This document shows, piece after piece, positions 9,931 through 25,194 of a DNA stretch of 64,000 nucleotides. Position 1 is the stretch's first letter. The number at the start of each line of letters is the position of its first letter. A model generated the notes under the pieces. It did no database searches and was not told the DNA's origin. It saw nothing but the letters and a program-made list of their open reading frames with translations. Source of the DNA: Tenericutes bacterium ADurb.BinA124 (GTDB lineage Bacteria; Bacillota_I; Bacilli_A; ML615J-28; CAG-698); the NCBI GenBank assembly GCA_002068415.1, contig MVZM01000001.1, positions 140,597 to 204,596 of the forward strand, written 5' to 3'. The position numbers and the translations under genes are program-made.

Positions 9931-10501
9931 AGATTAATTTTTTTAAAACAATTTTAATTAGTTCATTAATGGGTTTATCAATATTGGCTTCCATGGTTGC
10001 TTGCATGGCTTTGATTTCGTTGTTGCTATAACCCATGGCTTTTAGAGCATCCCGCAAATCTTTGAGTTTCGGATTTTCTTTGGCGCTAATTTGATTAAAG
10101 TCCAGTTTTCCGTGTAAATCCAAAATAATTTGTTGGCTGGCTTTTGGACCAATGCCGGGGAAGCGCTGTAAATATTTACTGTCGGCTGTTTGGATGGCTT
10201 GAATGACTTGATCAATGGTCCCGCTAGCAATGATGGCCATTGCTCCTTTCGGGCCAATGCCCTTAACCGAGATTAATTTTAAGAAAAAATCGCGTTCTTC
10301 GACGCTTTTAAACCCATATAAATCGAGGATATCCTCACGAACATGTAAATAGGTATGGACTTGTACTTCCGTACCCATTTCGAAACTAAAAGGATTGCCG
10401 GTTTTTATTAAATAACCGATGCCATTAGTTTCGACAACAACATAGTCACCACGGACAATTGTGACAACACCTTTAAGATAATTATACAATTTATTCACCA
10501 C
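9929..10501 (-). CDS. ruvA: Holliday junction DNA helicase RuvA
   Basis: MVNKLYNYLKGVV…GIGY N-terminal OB domain and HhH motifs (GIGPK). Confidence 0.85.
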   Translation of the reverse strand: MVNKLYNYLKGVVTIVRGDYVVVETNGIGYLIKTGNPFSFEMGTEVQVHTYLHVREDILDLYGFKSVEERDFFLKLISVKGIGPKGAMAIIASGTIDQVIQAIQTADSKYLQRFPGIGPKASQQIILDLHGKLDFNQISAKENPKLKDLRDALKAMGYSNNEIKAMQATMEANIDKPINELIKIVLKKLI

Positions 10502-10566
10502 CTTCCTGATTATAACATTTAATCCCCGTCTTGTAAATCAAAGGTGAAAGAAAGTAAGAGCTGTTT

Positions 10567-11542
10567 ATGGAAAAAAATGATGTACTACTTGAAGAATTTG
10601 ACCGCAGTTTGCGCCCTAAGCGCTTAGTCGATTATATTGGTCAGGACCAAATCAAAGAAAATCTCAATGTTTTCATTTCTTCGGCTTTAAAAAGAAGTGA
10701 AACATTGGACCATGTCCTTTTATATGGTCCTCCCGGTTTGGGTAAAACAACTTTGGCGGGTATTATAGCCAATGAAATGGGTGGAAAATTTCATTCCATG
10801 ACCGCTCCCTCCATTGATCGCATTGGCGATTTGGTCGCTATTTTATCCAATCTTGAAGCTGGTGATATTTTGTTCATTGATGAAATTCATCGTCTTCCTC
10901 GGGTTGTCGAGGAAGTGCTTTATTCCGCAATGGAAGATTTTGTCGTTGATATCATGATTGGCAAAGACGCAACGGCCAATTCCATTCGCATTGATCTTCC
11001 TCCTTTTACCTTAATTGGAGCAACAACGCGGTGTGGTGATTTATCGGCGCCCTTACGCGATCGTTTTGGGATTGTCCACCAACTCAATTATTATCAAACT
11101 TCGGAATTAAAAGAGATTGTTAACCGTACTTCGCGTGTTTTTGATTTTCAAATTGATGAACAAGCCGCTTGGGAAATTGCTCGCCGTTCGCGGGGAACAC
11201 CGCGGGTTGCCAATCGTTTGTTTAGACGCGTTCGCGATTTTGCCCAGTTTGAAGATGAATTTTGCCAAGTGATTGCTTATGAGTTAACAAAATCTTCTTT
11301 AGTAAAACTTGATATTGATGAAGAGGGATTAAATGAAACCGATCATCGCTATTTGCGTTCCCTTGTGGAACGGTTTAAGGGGGGACCGGTTGGTCTTGGA
11401 GCTTTAGCTTCATCGATTTCTGAAGATGTGACGACCCTCGAAGATGTTTACGAACCCTATTTATTACAGGAAGGTTTTATTTTACGAACTTCACGGGGAA
11501 GAGTGGCCACCGAAAAGACATACCGCCATTTGGGATTGGGTT

Positions 11543-11562
<20 letters not shown>
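10567..11562 (+). CDS. ruvB: Holliday junction DNA helicase RuvB
   Basis: [14 protein letters not shown] Walker A, DEIHRL, AAA+ fold. Confidence 0.95.
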
Positions 11563-13704
<2,142 letters not shown>

Positions 13705-14625
13705 ATGAAAAGAATCGGCTTTGTTTTTGTGTTATTATGGGGAATTGTTTTGGTAGGCTGTTCAGGAAACCAAGTTTCTCCCCATGAAGAGGAAATTGTT
13801 TTTCATTTTCCTGATGAATATTTAAGTTATCTACCTTATGAAGAGGTTCCGGATTATCATTTTCATTTTCCCGGCATTGTTAATACGATTGATGCAGCGA
13901 CGACAAGCAATAAAAAAGTTTTTGGGAAGAATGATGATTTTGTTATCAGCGCTTTGTTAGCAGATTTATTTTCCCAGTATGAACAAAAAAACCGCTTTAC
14001 TACCCGACTATTGTTAACGCAAACGGCTTTTGAAACGCGAATGAACACTTTAGAGACGGATGATGAAGGTAAACCATACCAAAAATCTCATATTTTAAAA
14101 GTGGAAGACGGCAAGATATATGAGGAAATTGCCTATATATTACTAGAAAACGGCTTAACTTTAAGTTTTGAGTATCGCCGGTTTGCCACTAAAATCGATG
14201 GTGTCATTACGATGATGTATTGTTGGAAATACACAACCCCTTTAAATGCTGTTTTGCATTATCCCCTCATTATTCATCAACTGGATGCCAACACCAAGGA
14301 ATTATTGATTGTTCCTTTGCCTTTAAAATCGGTTTATCGGCTTGGTTTAAATGATAAAATTCCCCTTAAAACCTTTCTTGAGAAGGATGAATTTTTAAAG
14401 CCGCTGTATGCTCGCTTTTATTATCCTGATTTTAATGAAGATCCCCGCTCCAGTGATATCTTTGATTTGGAAGGTAATATTGCGCAAGTCAAACAATATT
14501 ACCAAGATTACCATCAAGGCCAAACTCTTGGCGAGCATTTTGTTTTTTCCTATTTAGGAAAAACCTTTAAAGTTGTTTTTGAAACGGATGCTTTCATCAT
14601 TCAGTTATATGAAGAAAGCGTTTAA
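13705..14625 (+). CDS. Putative lipoprotein, function unknown
   Basis: Signal peptide with lipobox LVGC at residues 16-19; no recognisable domain. Confidence 0.55.
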   Translation: MKRIGFVFVLLWGIVLVGCSGNQVSPHEEEIVFHFPDEYLSYLPYEEVPDYHFHFPGIVNTIDAATTSNKKVFGKNDDFVISALLADLFSQYEQKNRFTTRLLLTQTAFETRMNTLETDDEGKPYQKSHILKVEDGKIYEEIAYILLENGLTLSFEYRRFATKIDGVITMMYCWKYTTPLNAVLHYPLIIHQLDANTKELLIVPLPLKSVYRLGLNDKIPLKTFLEKDEFLKPLYARFYYPDFNEDPRSSDIFDLEGNIAQVKQYYQDYHQGQTLGEHFVFSYLGKTFKVVFETDAFIIQLYEESV

Positions 14626-14737
14626 ATATTATTTGTGATAAAAAAACCGTTGAAATTCAAATTAAATTATTTCTTTTTCTGTTTCTTTATGATATAATCA
14701 ATTAATAAATAGATATTAACCTACATAGGAGGAACTT

Positions 14738-15883
14738 ATGTTTAGTCAAGACGCATTTAATGAAAAACCAGTAATTAGAGTTGTTGGTGTTGGTGGTGGT
14801 GGCGGTAATGCCGTCAATCGCATGATTGAAAATGATGTCAAAGGGGTGGAGTTTATTGTTATCAATACTGATGCCCAAGTTTTGCGTCTTGCGAAAGCCG
14901 ATACGCGTTTACAAATCGGAAAACAACTGACGCGTGGCTTGGGCGCCGGAGCTGATCCGGAAATTGGCCAAAAAGCCGCTGAAGAATCCGAAGATGAAAT
15001 CCGGGAAATCTTAAGAGGCAGCGATATGGTTTTCATCACCGCTGGCATGGGTGGGGGAACGGGGACGGGTGCAGCGCCCATTGTGGCGAAAATCTCCAAG
15101 GAATTGGGCTGTTTAACCGTCGGTATCGTTACTAAACCCTTTTCCTTTGAAGGTCGCAAACGCCAAGCGCAAGCTATCCGTGGTTTGGAGCGCTTAAAAC
15201 CGCTTGTTGATACCTTGATTGTGGTCCCGAATGACAAATTATTATCCATGACCGATAAAAACACGCCGATGTTGGAAGCTTTCCGTGAAGTTGATAATGT
15301 GCTTCGTCGCGGGGTGCAGGGGATTGCGGAAATTGTCGCTATTCCCGGTTTAATCAATGTTGACTTTGCCGATGTGCGCACCGTTATGCGTAATAAAGGA
15401 ACGGCATTGATGGGGATTGGGATTGCCTCCGGACCAAATCGGGCTGTTGAAGCCGCTAGAAAAGCCATTCGTAGCCCGCTTCTGGAAATTGATATTAATG
15501 GAGCAACGGATGCCATTGTCTTTATCACCAGTGATGTGGATATTGCCATGCAAGAAGTTGTGGAAGTTATGACGGAAATTCAAAATGCTTCGTCTTCAGA
15601 AATTGATTTAGTTTGTGGAACAGGTTTCAATATGGACCTCCAAGGTGAATTAATTGTAACCGTGATTGCCACGGGTTTCGATGCCAAAGAGATTCCGGAG
15701 GAAGAACAAGCTAATGCCGGTTTCCCTAGCTATAAACCAATTGAAAAGGAAGTAAAACCGACTTTTGTTCCGGAACCAAGTATTGAAATGGGAAAACCAG
15801 CCGATTCGCCCCAAGTGGAAAAGAAAGAACGCATTAAAGGCGATACGACCATTCCCGCTTGGTTAAAAAACCGTTTTAAATAA
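14738..15883 (+). CDS. ftsZ: Cell division protein FtsZ
   Basis: [13 protein letters not shown] tubulin signature. Extended -10 promoter (tgatataat) upstream. No ftsA upstream. Confidence 0.95.
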   Translation: MFSQDAFNEKPVIRVVGVGGGGGNAVNRMIENDVKGVEFIVINTDAQVLRLAKADTRLQIGKQLTRGLGAGADPEIGQKAAEESEDEIREILRGSDMVFITAGMGGGTGTGAAPIVAKISKELGCLTVGIVTKPFSFEGRKRQAQAIRGLERLKPLVDTLIVVPNDKLLSMTDKNTPMLEAFREVDNVLRRGVQGIAEIVAIPGLINVDFADVRTVMRNKGTALMGIGIASGPNRAVEAARKAIRSPLLEIDINGATDAIVFITSDVDIAMQEVVEVMTEIQNASSSEIDLVCGTGFNMDLQGELIVTVIATGFDAKEIPEEEQANAGFPSYKPIEKEVKPTFVPEPSIEMGKPADSPQVEKKERIKGDTTIPAWLKNRFK

Positions 15884-15885
15884 TG

Positions 15886-15913
15886 AGGAAATCGATTCTG
15901 ATTTCCTTTTTTT
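15886..15913 (+). terminator. Rho-independent terminator after ftsZ
   Basis: aggaaatc-gattct-gatttcct hairpin followed by T7. Confidence 0.6.
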
Positions 15914-16099
15914 TATGGAATAAGAATATTGGGCGCAAATTTCGCCGGTAGTGCTTTCTTAGCCTTTAAACTAATAAAAGAACGAATCCCTCCTTTTTAC
16001 AATTAAGAAGGAATTTGCCTATTTTTTTGAAAAATATTATCATTAACAATTGCCTTGATTAGTGATATAATTATTTAGTGAAAAGGACATTTTGAAGAT

Positions 16100-16609
16100 A
16101 TGCGTAATCAAACTATCCGTAAACTTGCTTTAGCATCCTTGTTCGCTTCCATGGCAATTGTCTTGAAAACTTTCTTATCAATTCAACTTGGTGAAAGTAT
16201 GCGAATCAGTTTGTTTCCGATTCCGCTATTGGTGGGCGGTTTTTTATTGGGGCCGTGGTGGGGCTTATTAATCGCTTTTGTAACCGATACCGTTTTTTTT
16301 ATGATTTCCCCTTTTGCCAGTTTTTGGTCCGTTTATACCTTTTCGACGCTGATTTGGGGTTTGGCCGGTGGTCTTATCAAACTAGTTCCGTTTAAAAAGG
16401 ATCTTTGGAAATACATAATTGTTATCACGATTACATCGATTATGGAAACTACGATTAATACCCTGGCTAATTTTATCTATGGTCTTTCCAATGCGACTTT
16501 ACCATGGCGGATTCTTTCGATGATTATTCGGATTCCTCTTTTGGTCTTAGCGACACGGATTATTTTGAAACAATTTTTCCTGTTAATGGATACTAATCCT
16601 TTCAAATGA
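16100..16609 (+). CDS. ECF transporter S-component (solitary; substrate unknown, folate family-like in size)
   Basis: 169 aa with 5-6 TM helices and small-loop architecture typical of ECF S components. No EcfAA'T genes nearby. Confidence 0.55.
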   Translation: MRNQTIRKLALASLFASMAIVLKTFLSIQLGESMRISLFPIPLLVGGFLLGPWWGLLIAFVTDTVFFMISPFASFWSVYTFSTLIWGLAGGLIKLVPFKKDLWKYIIVITITSIMETTINTLANFIYGLSNATLPWRILSMIIRIPLLVLATRIILKQFFLLMDTNPFK

Positions 16610-16635
16610 GTGAATACCTTTTCAAATCACAATTC

Positions 16636-16664
16636 TTGAATTTAGTCATGAAAAGATGTATAAT
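16636..16664 (+). promoter_or_regulatory. SigA-type promoter of gpmI (TTGAAT-17-TATAAT)
   Basis: Consensus-like hexamers with a 17-nt spacer upstream of the ribosome-binding site AAGGAG. Confidence 0.45.
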
Positions 16665-16691
16665 AATTAAAGAAATTAAGGAGTAGTATTC

Positions 16692-19534
<2,843 letters not shown>

Positions 19535-19663
19535 GTAAATTAAATGGAGCATTTCCTTTTTAAAGAATTGCTCCTTTTTATTTGGCTAAATAAGGCTGGT
19601 TTGTATTCATTTTTTTGAAGAATAATGGTATAATAATATTTAAAGTAGAGAAGTGTAGCGCCA

Positions 19664-20580
19664 TGAAGAAAAAAGACAAATTTACCATGCCTCAAGAAAA
19701 AATTAATATTACGATTCCCGAAACGCCGAGTGGGAAAAGAAAACCCCAAGTTCATGATGATGAAATTTATTTCGAGCGAGTTGTTTTCACTAATATGGGC
19801 AATAATATTAATAAATTGCCTGATTTGAAGTCGAAGATTGCGAAAATCAAGGATACTTTAAAGAAGTTCGAAGAAAAAGGTGAAATCGTTTGGCATCAAT
19901 TTTATTTTCTTAAATTGTTTTCGCGAGCGCGAGGTAAAAAAGCCGAAGTAATCAACTTAGTTCATGAATTTGATAAACAAGTTACGCGGATGCGAAGAAT
20001 CCTTGATGACTTGAAAAACAAGGTTGATTTATTCCAGTACATGGAAAAGATTGATGACCAAGAACTGGAAGATAGCTATACCAAAGTGTTGGATTTATTT
20101 GTCTTTTTAGATGATTTAAGTAAAGAACTTTCTAGTTTTCAAAACAAATATTTTAAAAAAATGAAAATGACTTCTTATAGCATTTGTAATGATAAAAATT
20201 ATCAGGAATTAGAAGCCCTCAATCGTAATATTGCTTTATTACTTGATGGTTTTAAATCGTTTGCGGAAGCCCATGACTATATTTATTACCATAGTGGTGA
20301 GTTGATTACCAATACGATTAAAGCCTTGGTTCATTGTTTAGAAACTAGTAAACTCACTAATTATTCAACTACCTATAACTATTACTATTTTCTAAGTACG
20401 GATGCAGTAGTAGCGATGAAATTAACTGAGTGGGTCGATTTGTTTAACAAAATTCGTTTTGTCATGCGGATTACCGCCGGTGTCGAATTATTTGATTATT
20501 TAATTTTTAAAGATTATTATCAAGAATTAGAAAAAAGATTTATTATGCTGTTAATTAATGACGAAATGGAGAATGTATGA
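19664..20580 (+). CDS. Hypothetical helical protein (about 305 aa), translationally coupled to the PHP phosphoesterase
   Basis: No recognisable motif. Extended -10 (tggtataat) upstream. ATGA overlap with the next gene. The longest ORF starts at 19615. Confidence 0.4.
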
Positions 20581-21386
20581 AAGGTGACTTTCACATCCAT
20601 ACCACTTACTCCGATGGGGCTTTAAGCGTTGAAGAAGTTCTAACACAGGGGAAAAAACTTGATTTTATCAGTATTACCGATCATGATTTTCTCCAAGGCT
20701 CCTTTGATGCGGTCGCACTGGGATGGGAAAAACCGCGGGTCATTGTCGGCTTCGAACTCTCCACCGAATTCTTAAATGAAAGCATTCATCTTTTAGCTTA
20801 TTTTCCCACCATCGTTGGTCTTGAAGAATTGAATCTTCATTTACAAGACCAACGAAAACATCGTCTTCAACGCGCTTTTTTAATCAAAGACCGTTTGCAA
20901 GAACACTTTCAAATCAATTTAAATATGGATTTTACCAAACAAATCGATAGCATCACCCGTGGAACAATTGCGGACCAGATAATTAAACAAGGCTACCCTT
21001 ATTCTCGGGAAGAGATATTCAAACGGATGATTGGTAGAAATTGTCCCGCCTATCTTCCCAGCACGAAACTTTCTCCTTCCCAAGGTATTGCCTTAATTCA
21101 TCATTATGGAGGACGAGCGGTTTTGGCTCATCCCACTCATTTAAAAACAGTGTCGGTGGAAACGATTATAGCCATGGGCCTTGATGGTTTGGAAGCCATC
21201 TATTCACAGAATAAACCGGATGAAGAAAGTAAGTTTCGCCAATTAGCCTTAGACAATCAGTTGTTTATTACGGCGGGAAGTGATTTCCATCGTTTTAATG
21301 ATGAAAAACATGGCGATATTGGTTGCGTTACTTTAGAAAATGACGATTTAGCAATTTTTTTAAATAAATTAGGTATAAGAATATGA
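20577..21386 (+). CDS. PHP-domain phosphoesterase (TrpH/YciV, RNase AM-like family)
   Basis: N-terminal FHIHTTYSDG metal-binding motif, later His/Asp ligands (AHP, DFH), about 270 aa. Confidence 0.7.
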   Translation: MKGDFHIHTTYSDGALSVEEVLTQGKKLDFISITDHDFLQGSFDAVALGWEKPRVIVGFELSTEFLNESIHLLAYFPTIVGLEELNLHLQDQRKHRLQRAFLIKDRLQEHFQINLNMDFTKQIDSITRGTIADQIIKQGYPYSREEIFKRMIGRNCPAYLPSTKLSPSQGIALIHHYGGRAVLAHPTHLKTVSVETIIAMGLDGLEAIYSQNKPDEESKFRQLALDNQLFITAGSDFHRFNDEKHGDIGCVTLENDDLAIFLNKLGIRI

Positions 21387-22651
21387 TGAATCCCCGAAAA
21401 TTAGCTTTGGAAGCGATTGAAAAAATAATCGCCAAAAAAGCTTATTCCAATTTAGTGGTTAATGACTATTTGAACCGCTTTGAATTTAGTCCCGAAGATA
21501 AAAGTTTATTTGCGAAATTAGTATATGGTACTTTGGAACGCATGTTGACCCTTGATTTTTATTTGGAGCCATATTTCGGTAAAAAAGCCCCTAAACCCTG
21601 GGTGAAGTATTTATTGGAAATGTCCGCTTATCAGCTTATTTTCCTGCGCATTCCCGATTATGCTGTTGTCAATGAAGCCGTGGATATCGCTAACTTGAAA
21701 GACCGTCACATCGGTTCTTTTGTGAATGCCGTGTTACGCAATTTGCAAAGGAATCCGCTTCGGACTTTTGATTATTTGGAAGCCGAAGAACTTTTGGCAG
21801 TTAAATATTCTTTTCCTTTATGGCTTGTGACTTATCTATTGAAAGATTATTCTTTAGAAGTTGTGGAAAAGATATTAGAAGCTTATTTTAATGATAGAAA
21901 TGAAGGCATACGGATTAACAGCTTGAAAATAAGCAAGGATGACTTATTATTTAAACTTGCTGAAAACAATTTAGCATTTCAACTAGCCCCCATTGGGGAA
22001 AACGCTTTAGTGATGAAAGGCGATATTCAAAAGCATCCTTTGTTTACTTCGGGCTTCATTACCATTCAAGATTTGTCATCGCAACGGGTTGCGGAAATCA
22101 TCAATCCCCAAGAAGAAGATGTTGTCTTGGATGTTTGTGCTGCCCCCGGAGGTAAAAGTGCTCACTTGGCGGCATTAATGAACAATACAGGGCAGATTTT
22201 TGCTTGTGATATCCATGCTCACAAAATTAAATTAATGGAAAAGACCTTTAAACGTTTGGGTGTCATCAATGTAAAAACTCAGCAAATTGATGCTTTGTTA
22301 TTATCGGAAGTGGTCAAAGCGGAAACTTTTGACCATGTTTTAGCGGATGTTCCTTGTTCCGGCTTAGGGGTATTATCACATAAGGTTGACATTAAATATC
22401 ATTTGTCTTTAAACAGTATCCAAGAAATAAAAAAGCTGCAAGCTGCCATTTTAGAAAAAACCTGGGGGATTGTGAAAAAGGGTGGTTTTTATACTTATTC
22501 CACTTGTACAATCAATAAAGAGGAGAACGAGGAACAAATTAGGACCTTTTTAAGTAATCACCCTGAGTTTAAGATTGTTCATGAAGAAACAATTTTACCA
22601 CACGAATATCAATGTGACGGTTTCTATATATGTAAAATGAGGAGAGGTTAA
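21383..22651 (+). CDS. rsmB: 16S rRNA (cytosine967-C5)-methyltransferase RsmB/Sun
   Basis: NusB-like N-terminus, SAM-binding DVCAAPGGKS, catalytic Cys motifs (DVPCSG, TCT). Confidence 0.85.
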   Translation: MMNPRKLALEAIEKIIAKKAYSNLVVNDYLNRFEFSPEDKSLFAKLVYGTLERMLTLDFYLEPYFGKKAPKPWVKYLLEMSAYQLIFLRIPDYAVVNEAVDIANLKDRHIGSFVNAVLRNLQRNPLRTFDYLEAEELLAVKYSFPLWLVTYLLKDYSLEVVEKILEAYFNDRNEGIRINSLKISKDDLLFKLAENNLAFQLAPIGENALVMKGDIQKHPLFTSGFITIQDLSSQRVAEIINPQEEDVVLDVCAAPGGKSAHLAALMNNTGQIFACDIHAHKIKLMEKTFKRLGVINVKTQQIDALLLSEVVKAETFDHVLADVPCSGLGVLSHKVDIKYHLSLNSIQEIKKLQAAILEKTWGIVKKGGFYTYSTCTINKEENEEQIRTFLSNHPEFKIVHEETILPHEYQCDGFYICKMRRG

Positions 22652-22652
22652 T

Positions 22653-23693
22653 TTGCAAACTTCAATCTATAATTATGCCAAAGACCAATTAGAACAATAT
22701 TTTCTAAGTATTGATAGCCCTAAATTTCGGGCTACTCAGGTTTTTGAAGCCGTTTATAAACAAAGGCTGACGGATTTTACTAAGATGAGCAATTTTAAAA
22801 AAGAATTTGTTGGCAAATTACAGGATGATTTTTATTTTTCCCAATTGAAAGTTGTGAAAGTCCAAAGCTCTGAAGATGGAACAAAGAAAATTCTATATCA
22901 GCTTGATGATGGCAATTTAATTGAAACGGTTTTAATGAAAAATAATTATGGCTACAGTGTGTGTGTGACCACCCAAGTTGGCTGCAACATGGGTTGTGCT
23001 TTTTGCGCCAGCGGTTTAACTAAACGAGTGCGTAATTTAGAAACAGCGGAAATGGTGTTGCAAGTTTTAACGATTGACAATTGCTTGCGTGAGCAAAATG
23101 AACGTGTTAGCCATGTGGTGATTATGGGCATCGGCGAACCCTTTGATAACTATGATAATGTGCTTAGTTTTATTAAAATCATTAATGATGGAAAGGGTTT
23201 AGAAATTGGTAGTCGCCATATTACCTTATCAACTTGCGGTATTATTCCGAAAATCTATCAATTTAGCGAATTCCCGTTGCAAGTTAATTTAGCAGTGTCT
23301 TTGCATTTTGCTACCGATGAAAAACGCAGCCAGTATATGAAGATTAATCGTAGTTATAATTTAACGGAATTAAAAAAGGCCTTGCAATACTACTTTGCCA
23401 AGACCAAACGGCGGATTACTTTTGAATATATTTTACTTGATGGGATTAATGATAGTTTAGAAGATGCCAAATTACTGCTTGATTATGTGAGGGATATGAA
23501 TGCTTATATTAATTTAATCCCTTATAATGAAACCGGGAAGCAGTTTAAACGGTCAAAAGATGGTCGCTCCCGTTCCTTTTTTGATTTTTTAATGAAAAAT
23601 AAACTCCAAGTGACCTTAAGAAGAGAACAGGGCCATGATATTGATGCGGCTTGTGGTCAATTACGTGTAAAGGAACTCTTATGCAAGGATTAG
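22653..23693 (+). CDS. rlmN: 23S rRNA / tRNA m2A methyltransferase RlmN (radical SAM)
   Basis: CNMGCAFCASG radical-SAM cluster motif. TTG start 6 nt after AGGAGAGG. Confidence 0.9.
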   Translation: MQTSIYNYAKDQLEQYFLSIDSPKFRATQVFEAVYKQRLTDFTKMSNFKKEFVGKLQDDFYFSQLKVVKVQSSEDGTKKILYQLDDGNLIETVLMKNNYGYSVCVTTQVGCNMGCAFCASGLTKRVRNLETAEMVLQVLTIDNCLREQNERVSHVVIMGIGEPFDNYDNVLSFIKIINDGKGLEIGSRHITLSTCGIIPKIYQFSEFPLQVNLAVSLHFATDEKRSQYMKINRSYNLTELKKALQYYFAKTKRRITFEYILLDGINDSLEDAKLLLDYVRDMNAYINLIPYNETGKQFKRSKDGRSRSFFDFLMKNKLQVTLRREQGHDIDAACGQLRVKELLCKD

Positions 23694-24541
23694 TCATCAA
23701 ATCACTAAGTGGTGATTTCACCGTTTTTTCTAACCATCAAAATTATATTTGTAAACCTAAGGGTTTATTTAAATATCAAGAAAAACTAGTGAAAGTTGGC
23801 GATAAAGTTGTTTTTGATCCTGAAACTTTGATAATCGATGAAGTTCTCCCTCGCAAAAACGATTTAATTCGGCCGGCAATCGCTAATATTGATAAAATCT
23901 TTTGCGTTTTTTCCGTTAAAGAACCGGAATTAAATCTTAATTTGTTGGATCGCCTGCTATCAATCTTCACTTATCATAATCTTCATTGTCTTATTATCTT
24001 CACCAAATTAGATTTATTAACTGATTATCAAGATATTGATGTGCTTATTCAGTATTATCAAAAGATTGGTTATGCGGTTTATACTTCCGCCAGTGCATTG
24101 GACTTAGAGGCTATCAAAAAGGAAATTAGTCAATCCATTTGTGCCTTTGCCGGCCAAAGCGGGGTAGGCAAAAGCACCTTGCTCAACCTTTTTGATGAAA
24201 GCTTGAATATTAAAACGGATGTTATTTCTAAAGCTCTAGGTCGAGGGAAGCATACCACTCGACATGTGGAGTTACTACCCTTGTTTGACGGTTGGGTGGC
24301 GGACACCCCCGGGTTTGGGACGGTGGATTTTTCCTTTGATGATTTATTGAGTTTTTCGCATTCGTTTGTGGAGTTTTTTCATCATTCCTCGTCTTGTAAA
24401 TACCCCAAATGTTTGCATTTAGAAGAACCGGATTGCTTTATTAAAACGATGGTTCAGAAGCATGAGATTTTACCAAGTCGTTATGAAAACTATGTTCTTT
24501 TTTCTCAAGAAATAAAACAAACGCTTAAAAACAAATATTAG
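23681..24541 (+). CDS. rsgA: Ribosome small-subunit-dependent GTPase A
   Basis: OB domain, circularly permuted GTPase (GQSGVGKSTLLN), C-terminal Zn-finger Cys. Confidence 0.85.
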   Translation: MQGLVIKSLSGDFTVFSNHQNYICKPKGLFKYQEKLVKVGDKVVFDPETLIIDEVLPRKNDLIRPAIANIDKIFCVFSVKEPELNLNLLDRLLSIFTYHNLHCLIIFTKLDLLTDYQDIDVLIQYYQKIGYAVYTSASALDLEAIKKEISQSICAFAGQSGVGKSTLLNLFDESLNIKTDVISKALGRGKHTTRHVELLPLFDGWVADTPGFGTVDFSFDDLLSFSHSFVEFFHHSSSCKYPKCLHLEEPDCFIKTMVQKHEILPSRYENYVLFSQEIKQTLKNKY

Positions 24542-24549
24542 GAGGCTTT

Positions 24550-25194
24550 ATGATTGTCGCACCTTCCATTTTGTCGGCTGATTTTTCCCGCTTATATGAA
24601 GAAACCAAAGATTTGTATGCATATGGTGCTGAATGGTTACACATTGATGTAATGGATGGCCATTTTGTTCCGAATATTACGATTGGGCCAGTGGTTGTTC
24701 AAAGCTTAAAAAAACATCTCAAAATGGTTTTTGATGTCCATTTAATGATTAGTGATCCGCGCTTTTTTGCGAAAGCCTTCGTTGATGCGGGTGCGGATAT
24801 CATTACTTTCCATTATGAAGCCACTAATGATGTGTTGGGGATGCTTTCTTACCTGAAATCATTGGGTGTTAAGGTCGGTTTATCCATTAAACCGCATACT
24901 CCGGTTGTTGTTTTGGAGCCCTTTTTAAAAGAACTTGATGTCGTTTTAGTGATGTCCGTGGAGCCCGGCTTTGGTGGTCAAAGCTTTATGCCCCTAGCTC
25001 TAGATAAAATTAAATATCTTGCGAAACAAAAACAAGAAAACCATTACCCTTATCTCATTGAAGTTGATGGCGGGATTAATGAGCAAACAGGGCAGCTATG
25101 TGCCCAAGCTCAAGCTGAAGTATTAGTGGCGGGAACGGCGATTTTTAAAGCTTCAAACCGCCAAGAAGTTATTGGCAGGTTAAAACAATTATGA
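24550..25194 (+). CDS. rpe: Ribulose-phosphate 3-epimerase
   Basis: APSILSADF…HIDVMDGHFVPN and a conserved TIM-barrel layout. Confidence 0.9.
   Translation: MIVAPSILSADFSRLYEETKDLYAYGAEWLHIDVMDGHFVPNITIGPVVVQSLKKHLKMVFDVHLMISDPRFFAKAFVDAGADIITFHYEATNDVLGMLSYLKSLGVKVGLSIKPHTPVVVLEPFLKELDVVLVMSVEPGFGGQSFMPLALDKIKYLAKQKQENHYPYLIEVDGGINEQTGQLCAQAQAEVLVAGTAIFKASNRQEVIGRLKQL

Noticed and set aside
14746-15549. 267-aa ORF on the minus strand
   Set aside because: Lies entirely antisense to ftsZ. Its Ala/Pro/Ser/Thr-rich low-complexity translation is the mirror of the Gly/Ala-rich ftsZ codons, so it is spurious.
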